Assembly: GCA_043228905.1 (NCBI GenBank)
Contig: JBHGNT010000001.1
Coordinates: forward strand, 34,596,001-34,660,000
Direction: 5' to 3'
DNA: 64,000 nt
Source: Azolla caroliniana
Taxonomy: Eukaryota; Plantae; Polypodiophyta
Shown: positions 12,641 to 27,578 of the stretch, in pieces
Layout of the letters: the number at the start of each line of letters is the position of its first letter
Position numbering within the stretch: the stretch's first letter is position 1
Made by a program: the position numbers and the translations under genes
Notes under the pieces: generated by a model
Database searches by the model: none
What the model saw: only the letters and a program-made list of their open reading frames with translations
Told to the model about the DNA's origin: nothing

Positions 12641-15600
12641 ATGGCCGAAACAGAAGTACGCCCTGTCAAGAGATTTCGATCGTCTTCCCCGTCGCTTACC
12701 GCTGAACATGTGTTTCCTAACCAAGAAGAAGAAGAAGAAGAAGAAGAAGAAGAAGAAGAAGAAGATGAGGATTTGGCGTTTTGTTTGCAAGCAGAAACAA
12801 TAGGTATCTCTCTTGTTCCTAACTTCACCCTAAACAAGAATAACTAAGCTCTCTATGAACAGAAACTAAACAACTAAACTCTAAAGTCGCCCCCTCCCCA
12901 AAAATAAATAAATAAATCACAAATCGCCAAATTCCTAAATCTAAATGCGTAAACCCCGAACCAACTTAAAAACCTAATAATCGAACAACTCAACTCTGAA
13001 AATGACTCCAAAAAACATAAAAACCAACAACTAAACTCTGAAATCCTAAAACATTTGTTTTTTGCAGAACAAGAGAAGGAAGATGACTTCAAACTCGAAT
13101 CAAGAATGCCAGCTTTCTTTCGAGTCGAGGATCTTGACGAGAGACTGAAGTCAATACTTGCTGGAATATCATCGAAAAACCCTCGAGAAGACCTAATAGA
13201 GTTCAGAAAATTGCTTCAAAATGATGAAGATGGTCATTTTCTCTATCAGTACGTCCTCCTCTCTCCGAAATGTGCTGAGCTAATGTCGGTATGGTCTCTT
13301 GGTCCTGGTGCTGAACCCGCTGTCCCTTTATTGCAACTGATGGAAGAGATTATGAAGCACCCGATGGGAAAACAAGGTAATTCTATAGATTTGTCAAAGC
13401 CTGATAATGTGAGAATCCATTCTGTAGTTGTTCGGTTGCGACTAGATCGGTTGGCTCGATTGATTGTAACTACAAAACTTAAGGATATTTATGCACACTT
13501 AACATCAAGTGAGAGAAATAGGCAACGATCTGCTTTGCTTCTTGTTGCCTCGATAGTTCGACGAGGAAGTTTGCTCGCATCGGAGATAGCTACAAATTTT
13601 GATTTTTCACTTAATGCGTTGCCCAAGTTGTCAAAACCATATCATAACTCATATAAGAATGCAAACAAGAACTCCAAAGAGATGAATCGGAGCACCACAA
13701 GTACATCCGTTCGGAGTGCTTTCATCGAGTTTGCACTATCGTTCCTGGAGGTTTCTCATGCAGCTCTTTTAAGATGGGTTCTTCAAATTAGACCTTTGTA
13801 TACAGGTGTTTTTCATAATCTTTCCACCGATGATGAGAAGACAATTTTGTCGGTTCTTAGTGTGTTACGAGACAAAGTTTTGGATTCATCTTCTATGGTG
13901 CCACCAGGGCTTCAAAGTGCCATTTTTGGAGATGCTACCCTTGAACAATTATCTATTATATCCTCAAATGAAATGCATTCAAAGGCAGCACAAGCTGCAA
14001 ATGACACCCTTTTAGTGTTGTGTACTGATCCATCACATGGTATATGTCCTGATGCTGCTGCATTATGGGAATCTTCAACAAGAAAATCTGGTAACTTTGG
14101 TGGAGGTCAAGGACGATTGGTTAGACTTATGCTGAAATTGAGAGCAACTGAAAGCCAAAATCACAGGGAACTACTTTTGTTGATAGCAGCTGGAAAGCCA
14201 GTGCTAGTTGCTGCATATTTTGATTCATTTCCTTACTCTCTTGAGCCGCGAGCTTCTAATGCTTGGTAATTCCACACTGGAAACTTTTTGTAAAGAAAAA
14301 TGTTAATCATTTCAATTTGTATGCACTGTATAGGCTTGTGATTTTGACAGGTTGGCTTAAATGTGCCCTTCTACTGTTAAGAGAACACACTATGACATTG
14401 GAGCAGTATGCAGGTTTGCAGCTGTTTCTCTTATTTCGGATATAATTCTTGTCTCAAAGGTGCAACCTCCTTTCATTGCACTTGCCACACAAGGACTTCC
14501 TCCACCATTTATTGAGGACTCTTTGTTCCAAGCTATTCTAGGTAGTGCTTTACCTAGAAGCCTAACTCGACTAGTCATTAACAGAGGTCTTCTTCATGCA
14601 AATATATTTGTTAAGCATGGATGTGTAAGGATGCTTCTGGAAGTCTTTTCTGCAGTGCAATTCTACGTGCTTTCCATCCGCAAGGCATCTGTGAGTTGTC
14701 ATCAAAATCTATGCATTGGTGAGTGTAAAGAACCAGGATCAATGTCAATGGAAGGCAGCTTAGATGTTTATGATGCTACTTACAAACACTCCACTGAATC
14801 TCAAAAATGGCTTCTGCTAGAAAAGCATCTACAGAATGAACTTCAGTCCTTCTCACCAGACCCACAAGTTCTTGTGTCAATGCTCTTTTTAAAACCAGTT
14901 CTTACTAATTCTTCAAACGAGAAGAACAAGAATATCTCCAAATCTCTTTCTACTGATGAAGATCACTTTGAGGAGAATGTGCACAAAACTGACACTCCGA
15001 TCCAGGATTTTTATCATAAAGAGAACGAAGAAGCAAAGTTAGTTGATATCTGGAATGCAGATTCTGAATTGGTTAAGACTGGGGAACTTAAAGATGTGGC
15101 AGGTTTTCTCAATGCAAAGATTTTGGAACTTTTGGCCTGTTATCAAGTAAGATGACGATCACCATTCTTTAATTGATAAATTTTAATGTATTTGTGCTTT
15201 ACAAGTATCTGGCAATGTGAAAAAGGACAGCATATTCTATGTGGCAATTGTTAGGGATATAGATTGCATTGAAGGCCAGATTAAGCGCATTTTAAACCTT
15301 GTACCCTATATGATGCGCACTGTAGAACAAATGATGCACATAATACTTGGACAATTGTTAAATAGCATTTGACTCGTTTCTGTAGGAGTTCGATTGTCCA
15401 AGTATCTCATTTGTTTCATATGGACGAATGCTCCTTCTTGGTGTTTCTTCATGAATGCATGAAATGGAGCATTGAGGCTAGCTTGTGTTGATGTCATGCA
15501 CTCAGAAGAAAAAATGATGCACATAATACATGGCCAATTGTTAAACAGAACTTAACTTGTTTCTGTAGGAATTAGATTGTCCAAGTAGAAGAGGATTAGA

Positions 15601-18600
15601 CAAGTGTCTCACTTGTTTCATATGGACGATTGCTCCTACTTGGTGTTTCTTCATGAATGCGTGAGATGGAGCATTGAGGCTAGCTTGTGTTGATGTCATG
15701 CACACAGTGAATCATATAATCTAGACCTATTCATGGTTTTCACTTAACGTATGGGGCAATATCTGTTTTGTCTATGGTTTAAAGTATACGTGCATGGATA
15801 TAGATTTGTAGATAGAAATAAAGAGAAGGTTAGAGGAAGAAGTGAGGCTTTCATTTATAAGCAATATCAAATTTAAACGTAAACCTTTTGTGGACTGAGT
15901 ATGAGTAGTATATATGTAGAACTGTAAAAGCTTAGCTAACATCTTATTATCCATTGAACGTCTATTTATGTCAGTTTACATGTGTAAGTGTGTTTTTGGA
16001 TAAATTGTGTATTGATATACCTTGAACCAGATCCAGGGATGCTTTTTAATGTTCCATAGACCAAATGCTTGAAGCACAAAATGATTATTGATTGTTGATT
16101 AGTATTCAAGCATGCTATAATGATGTCAGAAACATTCACTCCATTGTTTTCATAAAAAAGATCAATCCATATAAACTGAAGCTTAAATGAAAACTTTCTT
16201 AAAAGTTGTAAGCTTGTATGGAAACGGATCTCACATTGTATTGGATTGAAACTGCATCATGACTATATATTTCTGAGTAATTGATCTTGAAAAATATTTC
16301 ATTGCCCAAAAGAACGTCTTTGTTTGATTACTGAAGAACATCATTTTTAGAGCTGAATATGTTGAATGGTTTACTGCAGAGAATCATTCCAATGGCTTTG
16401 GTGGAATGTTCCTTTGATGTTTTCAAACTTCTGCCAGAGGATCCAATATCGATGACAGTATCTCAACAAAAGGCTTTATTGATGCTACTTTTAGCAGCTT
16501 CCAGAGAAATTGAAGGATTGGATCTGGATTCAATGTCTCATCACAGCTATGGAAATCTGAATCCAAGACATTTGTACAGGCACTTGAAGTCATTGTTAAA
16601 TTTCATGTGTAAACAAAAGGTTAAGAGTATAAAAGAGCAAACCCAAACTTTGGCTTACCGTGCCATGATCAGTTGTGGAGCATTTGAGAGTAACAATGGG
16701 GAAATTGGAATATGGCTTCAATTTCTCCCACTATCTGATGATGCAGTGACGTCCTTTTTATGTGACTCTGTCGATGCAGTTGGTAGGAATATTGATAAAT
16801 ATGTGGATATTCTACTCTCTACACTACATTCAGCTTCAAGATCAGGTATACAATGTTGAAGTCTTATTAGCATTTCGTTTGTCTCATAATCTAATCAAAT
16901 GGCTGTTGTATTTGCAGATTTGACTATTGCTCCAAAGTTTGGACCTCTTGGAATTTGTGTGCTTGATAAGTGTCTACGAGTTCTTGCATCAAACACCAAG
17001 AGTTTTAAGGTTCCTCAAAAGACTAGTATTTCGATTTATGTTGCAAATGTATTACAGCTACTCCTACAGTCACAGGTAAGGAGATAGGTGGTTAAGGAAT
17101 TTCAAGCTACTCCTACTCTTTGATTTCATGTGTGTTCTTACTTTTCAAGATGTTGGTTTTTTCAGGTTCATTCAAAAGCCTTGGGCATTATTCTAAATGA
17201 ACTATTATGCATTGAGAAATACGAGCCATTGGCTACCACTAATGTTTTTAGGTCTGAGTGGTCTCCCCTACAAACTCTGCGGGTAGAGGTTCATCGCATT
17301 TTAAGGGAAGATAAACTATGCTATTGGAGCGCAAATACTTTCTATCAGCCAATGGGAAATGGCGCTTTAACTCAAAGCCTCCGGAAGGCATTGGAATGTT
17401 GTAAAAATGATGACACTAGCTCTTTGGACGCAAAAGCTTCTGCACTTGGTGCTTGCCTTCTCTGTTTATGTCCAGGTGAACTAGTTGAGAACTTTCCTTT
17501 ATTGATGGAGACTTTTTTCCCTTTGTTCAAAGGAAAATTCCTTGTTCTGACTGGAATTTTCGGTGTCTATAAGTGGTTACTACCAGCTATTATAGAATCA
17601 TGGAAAGATCTCTTCAATACAGCTATAATACTAGCCTCAAGCTTGGCACTGTCCACGAATATTGCTAGAGACAAGGAAGATAAATCCCAGAATGACATAA
17701 GTTTGTCTTTTGATGGTGCTAAAGATAATAGTATGTCAGCAAATACTTCAAATATCACAGCATTCTCCTTTTCAATATTTTTACTTAGTCTTCCATTTGG
17801 TGTTATTTTTCCTGGTGCTCTTTCTGCCTATAAGGCAGAACTCTTGAAAGTAAATGCTTTTACAGTAATACTTCAAGCTGCAATATCGGAAGTTCCACCT
17901 CAATTGTGGCTAAGCACGGCTAATTCTGTATTGTTCTGGATTGACAAATTGTGGAAACTTCATTCTGAAGGTTCAGATATGAAGTGTCAACTTGAAATTT
18001 GTATTTCCCTTTTGAGGTCTATGATAGTTCCTCTTGAAGGGAAGGGTTGGCTTTGCTACTTACTAAAATCAGCTTCAGACCCAAATATTGATGTAAACCT
18101 GATTATTGAGTTCGTTAAAGGAGTGTTAATGCATCCTGTTATGGATTTGCAGTATCGAATAGGGGGAAATTACCCATCTTCAACTCCATCTGGACTTGGA
18201 AAAGGAGAACATGGTGATGAATTTGGAGTAGAATCATGGTTGTCCAGAGGTCGAGATGCATTGACTCTTCTTGATTGCAAAGTGATCGATATTCTTAAGG
18301 AGCTTTTGCAGTGGTCTTTGGATGTATCACATACTGCATTTCCTATTGAAGTGAGGAGGACAGTTCAGTTGCTTAGAAATTCTCTGTCCATGTCTTGTAA
18401 GCCTTTTCTTACAGAGGCACTTTGTACTTTAAAAGAGGCCATTAACAATAAAAAAACAAGTGCCCCCAATAATTTTTCTAGCATTTCTGCTTACATTGTC
18501 TTCTATTTTTCTTCCTATATTGACATCGAATTGATTGTTGATCTTTCTTATACATTGCTATCCCGGGAAACTTGTAATGGTAATGTCAATGATGGAAGTT

Positions 18601-21600
18601 CCTTGACCTCAACAATCTCTTTTTATGACATGGGTGTTTATTTTGCTACCTCAGTTTTTGATAGAATTGGACAGTTAATCCAACAAAAGGATTCAGGAAC
18701 CAATGGGTTTGCATGTAGCAGTTTATTACAAAGTATGTATAGAAGCCTTCTGGAATTAGTAATAACAAGTCCATCGGAAAAGGTATATTCTTGTCTTTTA
18801 TCTGCGTTGGATGCTAACTATGGTCAACATTTTTTTACTCCTGATGGATCGTTGTACAAGTTCTCTTCTGCATATCTGTCAATTTGCATCCACAAAATGC
18901 CAATGAAGGTATTACGCCATCTTATGACAAACATCAGTAGGACAAAAGTAAAGATAATCTTCTATTTGGTTCAAATCAGTCACGTATTCCTTCCAGAAGT
19001 TTTTGAAGTCTTATGTCAGCACCTAGGGCTGACAAATATCCGACTAGGTCCTATAGTGTTATCAGAGTCTTCCCAATCTGGTCATGCCAATGAAATTTAC
19101 ACACATAAGGAAATGATTCTTATGCTGCCTGTTGTCAATTGGCTAATACATGTTATCAAGAGTGAAGAGAATGACTCTCTGTTTAGGATGGTTGAACAGA
19201 TTACCATTAGCTACTACAAAATGATAACTGAGGTAACAAATCATTGGGATATCTTTCCAACAGCATTGGACATGCTAGATGTGCTCCCATTTGCCAATTC
19301 ACAGGAAGGAAACAACGAATTCTTTAATCTCTTTGGTTTGTCCACACCTGGACAGCTTGTGCTAATGCTCAAGCATTGTCTCTCTTATCATGCTGTTGTT
19401 ATAGAGCAAAAGAAGGAGTTATTCGTTTCAATTCTGCAGAACAGCGACCAATTACCTATCAAAGATGTAAATGCGTTGTCAGTAGAGGATACTGTCAAGT
19501 CAGTGAGTATTATAATTCTGAAATTCATGATGGCAAGGATGCTTCTGATGTCTGATATAATCAAAACAAGTGCGTCAGATGCAGAGAAAAGTGATAAGGA
19601 TCCAATGGCTGTAGATGGAATAGCAGAAACAATGGTTGACAATTGTTATGAACTTTCTGATAATCTGATCCAGACTCTCAATGTGATTTTCAAACATAAG
19701 TTTGGGGGCAAAGAAGAACGCAAGGTCTTTAAAATATTTGGCCGCAAAATAGAGCTATTCAAAAGAGACATTTTGCGTATACTTGAAGTGACATTGTTGA
19801 ATGAACTGAAGGACATTTTCATAGGTTTGATAGATCTCAAGGATGAAACGCAATGCTTATCCTTATTGAAGAAATTTACAAAGATAATTCTCCGATTTAG
19901 ATTTGGTGAGAGATTGCCCATGCAGGTACTTCGATCTTGTGTCTCCACAAGATCTAAAATGCCTGTTTTCTCAGGGCGCTACTCAACATATGGCTTAGAA
20001 CTTCTAGTGGGCCATTCGGAATTTGCTTCAACTTTACTGCTCTCAAAAGATATCTCCAAGAACCATTTGCTGGGTCGATACTTCCATGAAAAAGACACCA
20101 CTTCGAGATCATTACCGTCTACCTTGTATTTACTAAAACATCATTTACTACATAATTCCATGGTTGCAGAACCCAAAACTTCCCACTCATTAGAACTGCA
20201 GTTGACCGATGCAGAAAGTAAAAAATTAGAGCTACTTAAGTTTTTGAGATTATTATATTTTCTAAAACATCAGGCTCTTGGAAGTGAGATTTCCGTTGGT
20301 TCAACTGTAAGCTCGATTGAGATGCTGTCTTTGTTATTGGCATCATATACCGCTTCCATGAGTGAAGTTGATAAGGAAAATCTGCTATTAATGCAAGAGA
20401 TAGAGTTTTTTGAAGGGCCAGGCTTTCCTGGCATTTTAGGAATGGATTATCTTTGGGGAGAGGCAGCTCTAAAACGATGGAAAACAAAATCTGGGTCTGT
20501 CATGTCTGAAGCATCTGATGATGGTACTGTTACGGAACTCTGGAAGAGATCTTTCAAGGAAGACCTCCTACTAGATCCCACAAAGTGTGCTCTTGGCGTG
20601 CTGTTTTTCCCTTCACAGAGAAAGCTTTGTACTGGTATATTTGTATCGACAGGCGTCAATGTTGTGGAGGTGGTCTTCATTTTCCTTGTTAATATCTGTT
20701 CTTGTGTCCTTGTTAATATAAATTGAAGTTATTAGTCCCATTTGGGGTTTATTCTTACAAGCTCCCTTGACATTAAAGGATCAACAATCCACGGATGGGG
20801 GAGATGAGAGGATGTTGGGAGATGCAGCATATGATCCATGTTTCATTTTACCATTTGCATTGCACTGTCTATCTTGTGGGTGGATGATGGCAGATGATTT
20901 TGTCAGCAAAGGACTACTAGCCTTAACATTGGTCAGTGTTTCTTCTGCGGATGAAGACATGCGTAAACTTGGATATGAAATTCTTGCGAAGTATTTCATG
21001 ATCCTTGAGGTATTTATTTAAATGCATGTAGTAATATGCATTATCTTATCTCTGAAATTCTGCGGTTTTATTTGAATTTGTTGAACATGTGCTTAGGTCT
21101 GTGAGAACTTCAAGGGGAAGCTACAGATAAGGCTACTATTAACTTTCCTGAAGAATATGGTACTACAGCCATGGCAGAGGTTGCCTTTCATAACAACTTT
21201 GTTTGCTGCTGAGGCGTCTTGTATGTTGATGCATCCATCAGATGTTCATTACCCAGCCATCAACAAGTTCCTGCTTCGTGCTCCTGGAATTGACCCTGAG
21301 GTATATTCTTGTATTTCTGTTTGTGATTTGAAGCTTGGTAACTATTTAGATTTTTCTGCCATGGTAACACTGAAGTAAAGAGTTCTTAATTTCTGTCTTC
21401 AAGCCCAGGATGTTTCAATCATATCTTCAGGAAAAACTAAATTATAGTTGATGGTTGATCTAACTTAAATTATAAAGATTGTGATATACCCTGTTGGGTA
21501 TGTATCTAAAATCACCTTAAGAAATGTTGACACTGAAAGTGCCTATGTGAGATTAGTGTAAGCAAGCGTTTAAGTACAGGCCAACATTTTGTTATGTGAC

Positions 21601-24600
21601 ACTTTTTCATTTACAGACAATACCACTCTTTAAATCTTTATTTGGAAGTGGATCAGTTCATTTTCGGGCTGATCGAGCATGGATGCTGCGTCTTCTTGCG
21701 TTTGGTTTAAGAACCTCATTCGATATTCATATTTATCGTCGCCGTTTTGTACTAGAAATTCTGATGAGTTTCTATAGCTCTCCTTTAGCTGATAGGCATA
21801 CGCGGGAATGGATTTTCCAGGTTTTATTCTAGTGGAAATAATATAACGTGCATTTGTTTTCTTGTTTCATACCTGAAACTATTTTATGTTTTAACTTGTT
21901 TGCCCTGTTTGGCCTTCTAATATCTGTCAGATTCTACAAAGAGCATCCAAATTACGCAGCCTCATTCAATATCTTATAGAGAGTACTGGCTTTCTATCTT
22001 GGCTGTCCTCTATTATATGTGGTAATAGCACAGCAAAATCAGGAGAGTATGCGGTTGGAGTCTCAGAGGATTTTTCTTTGGAGGCTTTACAGGTATTTGG
22101 ATTCTTATACATTTTCCACTTTGGTTAGTTTTGTGAAGATAGATAAATTTACTTTGGAGCCTCAATTGCACGTGTTAATCTCAAAATTCAGCATATCAAT
22201 GTAGTCTATTGTTTTACATGTTCCATTTACATTTTCTATGGATGATGCTAGCTTTGTTATGCAAATTTATAAATATGTTACATTATGTGTGCTCACTGTG
22301 TGTGCCACTTTTTTCATATTGAGTAATGTGGGATGATAAGAGCTCATAGAGTGTATCTGAAAGTGCCTAAATTGCTTTCTATTTGTTGCTGTTGGCATGT
22401 TTACAAATTTGGATCTCACATTTGGCTGATTTTATTACCGATCGTACCAGGGTAGATGCTAATACCAGGTTAGAGGAATGTGACAATGATTGGAATATGA
22501 CTGACAGTTATAAGGTAAAAGAGAAAGAAATGTTGCCTGGATAAAGAAAAAAACATATTCTTCAACTTTCAATAGCAAAGACAATTAGAAGAAAGCTTGA
22601 AGTAAAGTGAGTTAAAGTAATCAATTTTGGAATTGAAAGCTGAGCGGTAAATTATTGGGTCACCAAGAATGTAAGAGAATAGTAAATACTTAAGCCTAGA
22701 TAGTGAAATTAGAATTCGTATTCAATGTACACTTGTAATGTTATTGACCTAGTGTTCCCCTCTACTTCCGAGTTGTTGTTGGCTTTTTCTAAAACGTGTC
22801 TTCAATGTCCACAACTAATTCTGCTACTCGCTATTTGAACCGGGCTAGAACACACAAAAAGTCATTAATGGATATAGTCGCCTTATAGTCTAAGATCGCC
22901 GATGATCCCGTGTCTGGTTTTATGGTGGTGGCCATCTCTATTGTGAGTGAGTTGGAAGGTGGTGGATGATGGTTTCTGTAGGACATCGGCATTAAATGCG
23001 TATGAAGTTGATTGTTGGGTGTTTTCCTTTATTGGCCACTAGTTGGCTCAGGCTTTGGATTAATTCCCTTCCTGTTGGCAGTGATAGCAAAGGATTGGTC
23101 TCGGTTTGTGATTTTGCAGTGAAGTGTCTTGATTGCGCAGATGGGGATTTGGGACAATTGTCTTTATTTTGTGGATCCTCTTGTTTGTCACTTTGAAAGT
23201 CTCTGTGATTTCACTTGTATTTTTCTTGATGGTGCAGAAAGTACCCTTGGTTAACCTTAACATCTCCATGGTATAGCTGAAAATTTCTGTAGTTGTATGA
23301 GATGCTAGAGTTGTGGCTCTGAAAGCTGCTGTAGCTGCTTGTTTCACTTGGATAGTGATGATTATTGTCTTGGGTGTTTCACTCACCAACAGTAGCCACC
23401 ATTATTGTTGCAGAAAATCCACTAGTCGGCTTGTTGATAATTATGATCTGTATCGCAGAAAGTCCAGTGATCATCTCTATAACAGTAATGATTATTGTTG
23501 AAATCATTCTGCCAGTCATTGCAATGGTTGTCATGATCGGTGGCATGTTTGGATATGGGCCAGCGATTGTCATGGCAACTGTAGTCCGGTTCAATCTGTT
23601 CAGCAACTTTAGAAAGGAGCTGTACTCTCACTGCTTGATGGTGTGATTTCTCAAGCTCTGTTTGAATGCACATCCAGTTGAGACCTGTTTAATGTTAATG
23701 CAGATAGTGCAATGGATGTTTGTGTTTAATGTTAGCAAGTGAGGTCATTGGTGGAGGTACTTGACAGGGCAGAGGTTGACTAACCACTGTCAAATGGTGT
23801 ACATTACCCTCGTGTACTGTGTTTTGAGTACTCCATTGTGGTCACTATGTGTTAATCATGGGCATGACGGTCGCACAGCATCAGGAATGGTAGCGCTAAT
23901 AGTTAGTGGGAGTAGATTGTGACAAAAGTCTGGAAACCGTGATAGTTAATCAGAGAAGGGGACACAGCACTTGGTTAATAATTAGATAATTTAATTCCAA
24001 CTGTGCTCTCTCTAAGAGATAATGAATAGCCTAACTCTTGAATCAATAGATATGACAATGAGAGCTAAATACTTAGATATTTGGAAGAATTCTAAAAAGT
24101 GGTTTTAAGGGTGGAGCAAGTAAAATGAAGATAATGTTCTGTAGCTTAGAACCCTCTCTGTACACGTTTAGAGTTAGCACATTTGTTTAAAGTAGAGAGA
24201 GACTATCATAAATACAGCAATTAGGCTTCTAAAAGATCTCTCTTACCGCTGTGACAAAAATGTTTTAGGCTAACTAAATTGATTGTAATCCCATCTTAGT
24301 TGGAGTGTTCTAACTACAGTATTTATTATGTAAAAAACTCTCGATCCTGTATGAAATTCATGCTGTCTAGAGAATATGAAATTGTGTTTTTTCAGATATT
24401 TGAGAATGCTCTATCTTGGAGAAGTGTGAAAAGGTGGCTTACTTTGGAAGGTTTCGAGGAATTATTAAAGGTGGTTTGGCTACTTCATCATGCCCTAATT
24501 AAGAGTCAAAGTTTCAGTGAAACATCTGTATTCATCAAGCCTTACCTAAGAATCCTAAGAACTGCATTCCATCTTTCACTAGCAAGAAGAAAATATCAAA

Positions 24601-26154
24601 GTCGCTTGAAATTTTCAATAGCAGATTTTCTTGAAATTGTTCAGCTCGTCAAAGCACAACAGGATGTTGTAGGTTCAGAAACACAATTATTAGCCCTTGA
24701 AATCTTCCTTGAAAGCTCACCGCCAGCATGCCATTCCCTTGAGGTAACATACTTAGAGAAAATATTTGATACATTTTTGAATTTTGTTTTATTTCAATTA
24801 TTCTAAAAACGTTTGTAACCAGGACAAACTTCATCTATATGAATTTGGGACATGGGCATTAAATATGGTGCAATACCAGCATCTTATTTCACCGTTCTGT
24901 CTCAAGAAAATCAAAGGGAGAGAAAGAAAGGAAATAGATAACTTTGAAAGTGGCGCTGATTTGGATGGACTAATAGGCAAGGTCTTGAGATGGATATCAT
25001 CTTCACTTATTTTAGGTGGATTGGAAGAGGGCATTGTTTCGTATGGTTGTCTAACTGCATGGGATTGCTTGAGGAATACAATAAGCAGTGTTGATATTGC
25101 AAGTCCAGCTGATAATGATGCCAACAAGAACCTTTTACAATTGATCATTAATCTTCGATATTTATCAGGATTATGGATGAGTAATTCCTTGTCTGTTGTG
25201 TGCGCTTGCACCCTGCTGCTGTCAAAAGTTTCTGAACCTTGTGGTAATGTCTTGTATCACTGTCTCTCTGTTTGCTTTTTCTTCTTGAACTTTATAAATA
25301 CCTATGAGTGTGTGCATTGTATCTAATTCAGTATTGGTATTTTGCTTTCTCATCTCTAGTTCAATTATTTTAGTATATAATATAATTTAGTGTTTGGCCT
25401 CTTTCTCTAGTTTCTCGTGATTGTTCGAACATGTGAAATTGAGAATATCTCTAATTATTGAATCGTTGGAGGGACTGTTTGTTGGTATTAGAGTGACAAC
25501 TTTGCTTTATGGAAGATTTTTTATTTTTAATGTTTGTCAGGTATCTTTTTAAAAGCATCCAAAGAATTGCTGAAGGGGCCCCTTTCGCAAGTTTCTGCTC
25601 CTCCTGAAACAGATATTTCTTGGCGATGGTATGGAAAATGCAATCAATTTCACATTTAAAATTATTCTATATTTTCTCTCTGGTTGGATGTATTCCTTTT
25701 TCTATTACCCACATTCTGCATTTTTCAGTTTCAGATCTGTGATTGTGTGAAATAGTGACTGTGAATATACAATGTTCCATAGTAATTTGTTGAAAGTGCT
25801 GGTTGTTGTGTTTCTCATTTTGTTTTAATCTTAGTTTTCAACAGCTTTTCTTCGTTATGCAAAAATCTGTATCTGAATTTGCCGATCCAAACTGTGATCT
25901 GCAGGAACAGGAAGCCATCTGTTTCCAAGAAGCCACTGAAGACCTTTGAGATTGAGACGTGTTCAATGCTAGTTCTACTTTTTCTTCAGCTTGTGAATGC
26001 AGAAGAGAAGAGTGACATTCCTTTTGCGGTGGAGAGATTACAGAGTGCTTTCAAAAACCTGTTGAGTTCTCAACGTATATCTGGTTTGGGATCTGATGTT
26101 GGCAACCATGATATATGGAAGCATCTAAAAAGTGCATCAACATTTTCACACTAA
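12641..26154 (+). CDS. URB1: URB1/Npa1-like nucleolar pre-ribosomal-associated protein; about 14 exons (approx. 12641-12803, 13068-14265, 14414-15146, 16380-16845, 16918-17075, 17166-20634, 20762-21009, 21098-21300, 21617-21820, 21931-22092, 24396-24742, 24823-25243, 25541-25628, 25905-26154)
   Basis: The N-terminal Npa1-like block reads FDF..LPKL..VRSAFIEFALSFL..LLRWVLQ..DD..TI..VLSVLRDKVL..VPPGLQSAIFG. The C-terminal NopRA1-like block reads YDPCFILPF..GLLALTLVSVSS.DE.MRKLGYEIL. Long ORFs are joined by GT-AG introns. Confidence 0.85.
12725..12763 (+). repeat. (GAA)13 coding microsatellite, a poly-Glu tract in URB1 exon 1
   Basis: Pure GAA run in frame with the ATG at 12641. Confidence 0.85.
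15330..15703. repeat. Diverged tandem duplication (about 180-bp unit, 2 copies) in a URB1 intron
   Basis: AATGATGCACATAATAC...GCTAGCTTGTGTTGATGTCATGCAC occurs at about 15330-15501 and 15513-15703. Confidence 0.85.
22900..23700 (-). mobile_element. Decayed retrotransposon gag-like fragment inside a URB1 intron
   Basis: Minus-strand Asn/His-rich low-complexity ORF pieces are followed by a broken zinc knuckle (CYHCQQEGN*). Boundaries are unclear. Confidence 0.4.
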
Positions 26155-27216
26155 AGAAATCATGAAAGCATCTTCAAAAGAACTTTCGAATTGTTTGAAC
26201 AACCTCGTGGCTTGCATTCTCTTCCCTGTGATAAGTATCTTCTTCTTATGAAGAATATGAAGACTCTAATAAAGACTATTTTCCTCTCCATATTACATCT
26301 TGAAGAAGATGAACTAGTATGATGAGGCACATGTTTCTTAAGGGGAGGGTATTGCAACCAACTTAACAAAGATGGAACCAATGTAACAAAGGGGAGGTAC
26401 ATGCTTCTAAGAGAAGAGTGTTGCACCTATTCTCCCATATGAAGAAAGGGGAGTATTGAATAGAAGGATAATATCGGAGAGATTTGAGAATACAAATGCT
26501 GGTGAAGGAAATATCTGGGGGCAGAATTACGTTGGTGGTTAATACTTGTTGGCTGGTATCTCCTCCCAAAAGAAATGAAAATCCCAATGCAAATGTATTG
26601 AGCATTTGAATTCTGTTCTAAATTCTCGTAAAACTTGGCAGCCATTCTACTTATTTTTTATCATTTTGAAAGCCCACAATGGTAATAACTCCGTTAATTA
26701 ATATTCATTTTTTTCATTTCCAAAGCTCACTTATTAACAGATTGACTGTAGTCATGTATGAATTAAAAGAATGAAAGTTCAGGTGATATGGAGGCACGAC
26801 CTCACCTTCCTCCATCACCCTCACCTATATAAACACAATGTAAAATCTATCTCAAGAGGGGGAGAATATAATTGATGTTTTGTCACTGTTTTTTGTGTCA
26901 ACTTCTCTATTGCCTATTATTAGTTACTGAAGTAAATGTTAATTGATTAAGTATAAAGTATGGGCCAGTTGCAGGAGTGCCTAGTCTAGCTTTGGTGACT
27001 AATTGACAAAATTGCTTGCTGAAGTGTAATTGAGGATGGTTTTTATAGACCCCCACCCCTACCAATGGAAGGAAAATATATTTGGCAAAAATGTGGCTGT
27101 ACAATCGGCCTGAGCAAACTTACCACTGAATGATATTGTTCTTATTGAACTATGCTGTTCTTGGCAAAACATGATAACTCTTTTGAGTGATGTCTTATAG
27201 AGTGAAAATTAGTGAT

Positions 27217-27578
27217 TTCTTCAAGATTGATCTACTGTCACAATTTGCATTAGATATTTTGAGTTTGTGCTGCAAACATTGTGTCGCATATGTTGCAAGA
27301 AACTGCAAAATCATCTTTTTGTGACAGGTATGTATTTAAGAGCCCAACCCCTTGTTTTGAACTAACACCATTGATTCTACATGACTTAGTCCACATTCTT
27401 CAAGATTGATCTACTGTCACAATTTGCATTAGATATTTTGAGTTTGTGCTGCAAACATTGTGTCGCATATGTTGCAAGAAACTGCAAAATCATCTTTTTG
27501 TGACAGGTATGTATTTAAGAGCCCAACCCCTTGGTTTGAACTGACACCATTGATTCTACATGACTTAGTCCACATTCT
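27217..27578. repeat. Near-identical tandem duplication, 179-bp period, 2 copies
   Basis: TTCTTCAAGATTGATCTACTG... starts at 27217 and at 27396, with TTCT microhomology at the junctions. Confidence 0.9.

Noticed and set aside
15330-15703. Intronic snoRNA pair in URB1
   Set aside because: The C-box-like ATGATGC is imperfect and I found no matching D box or terminal stem. A simple duplication explains it.
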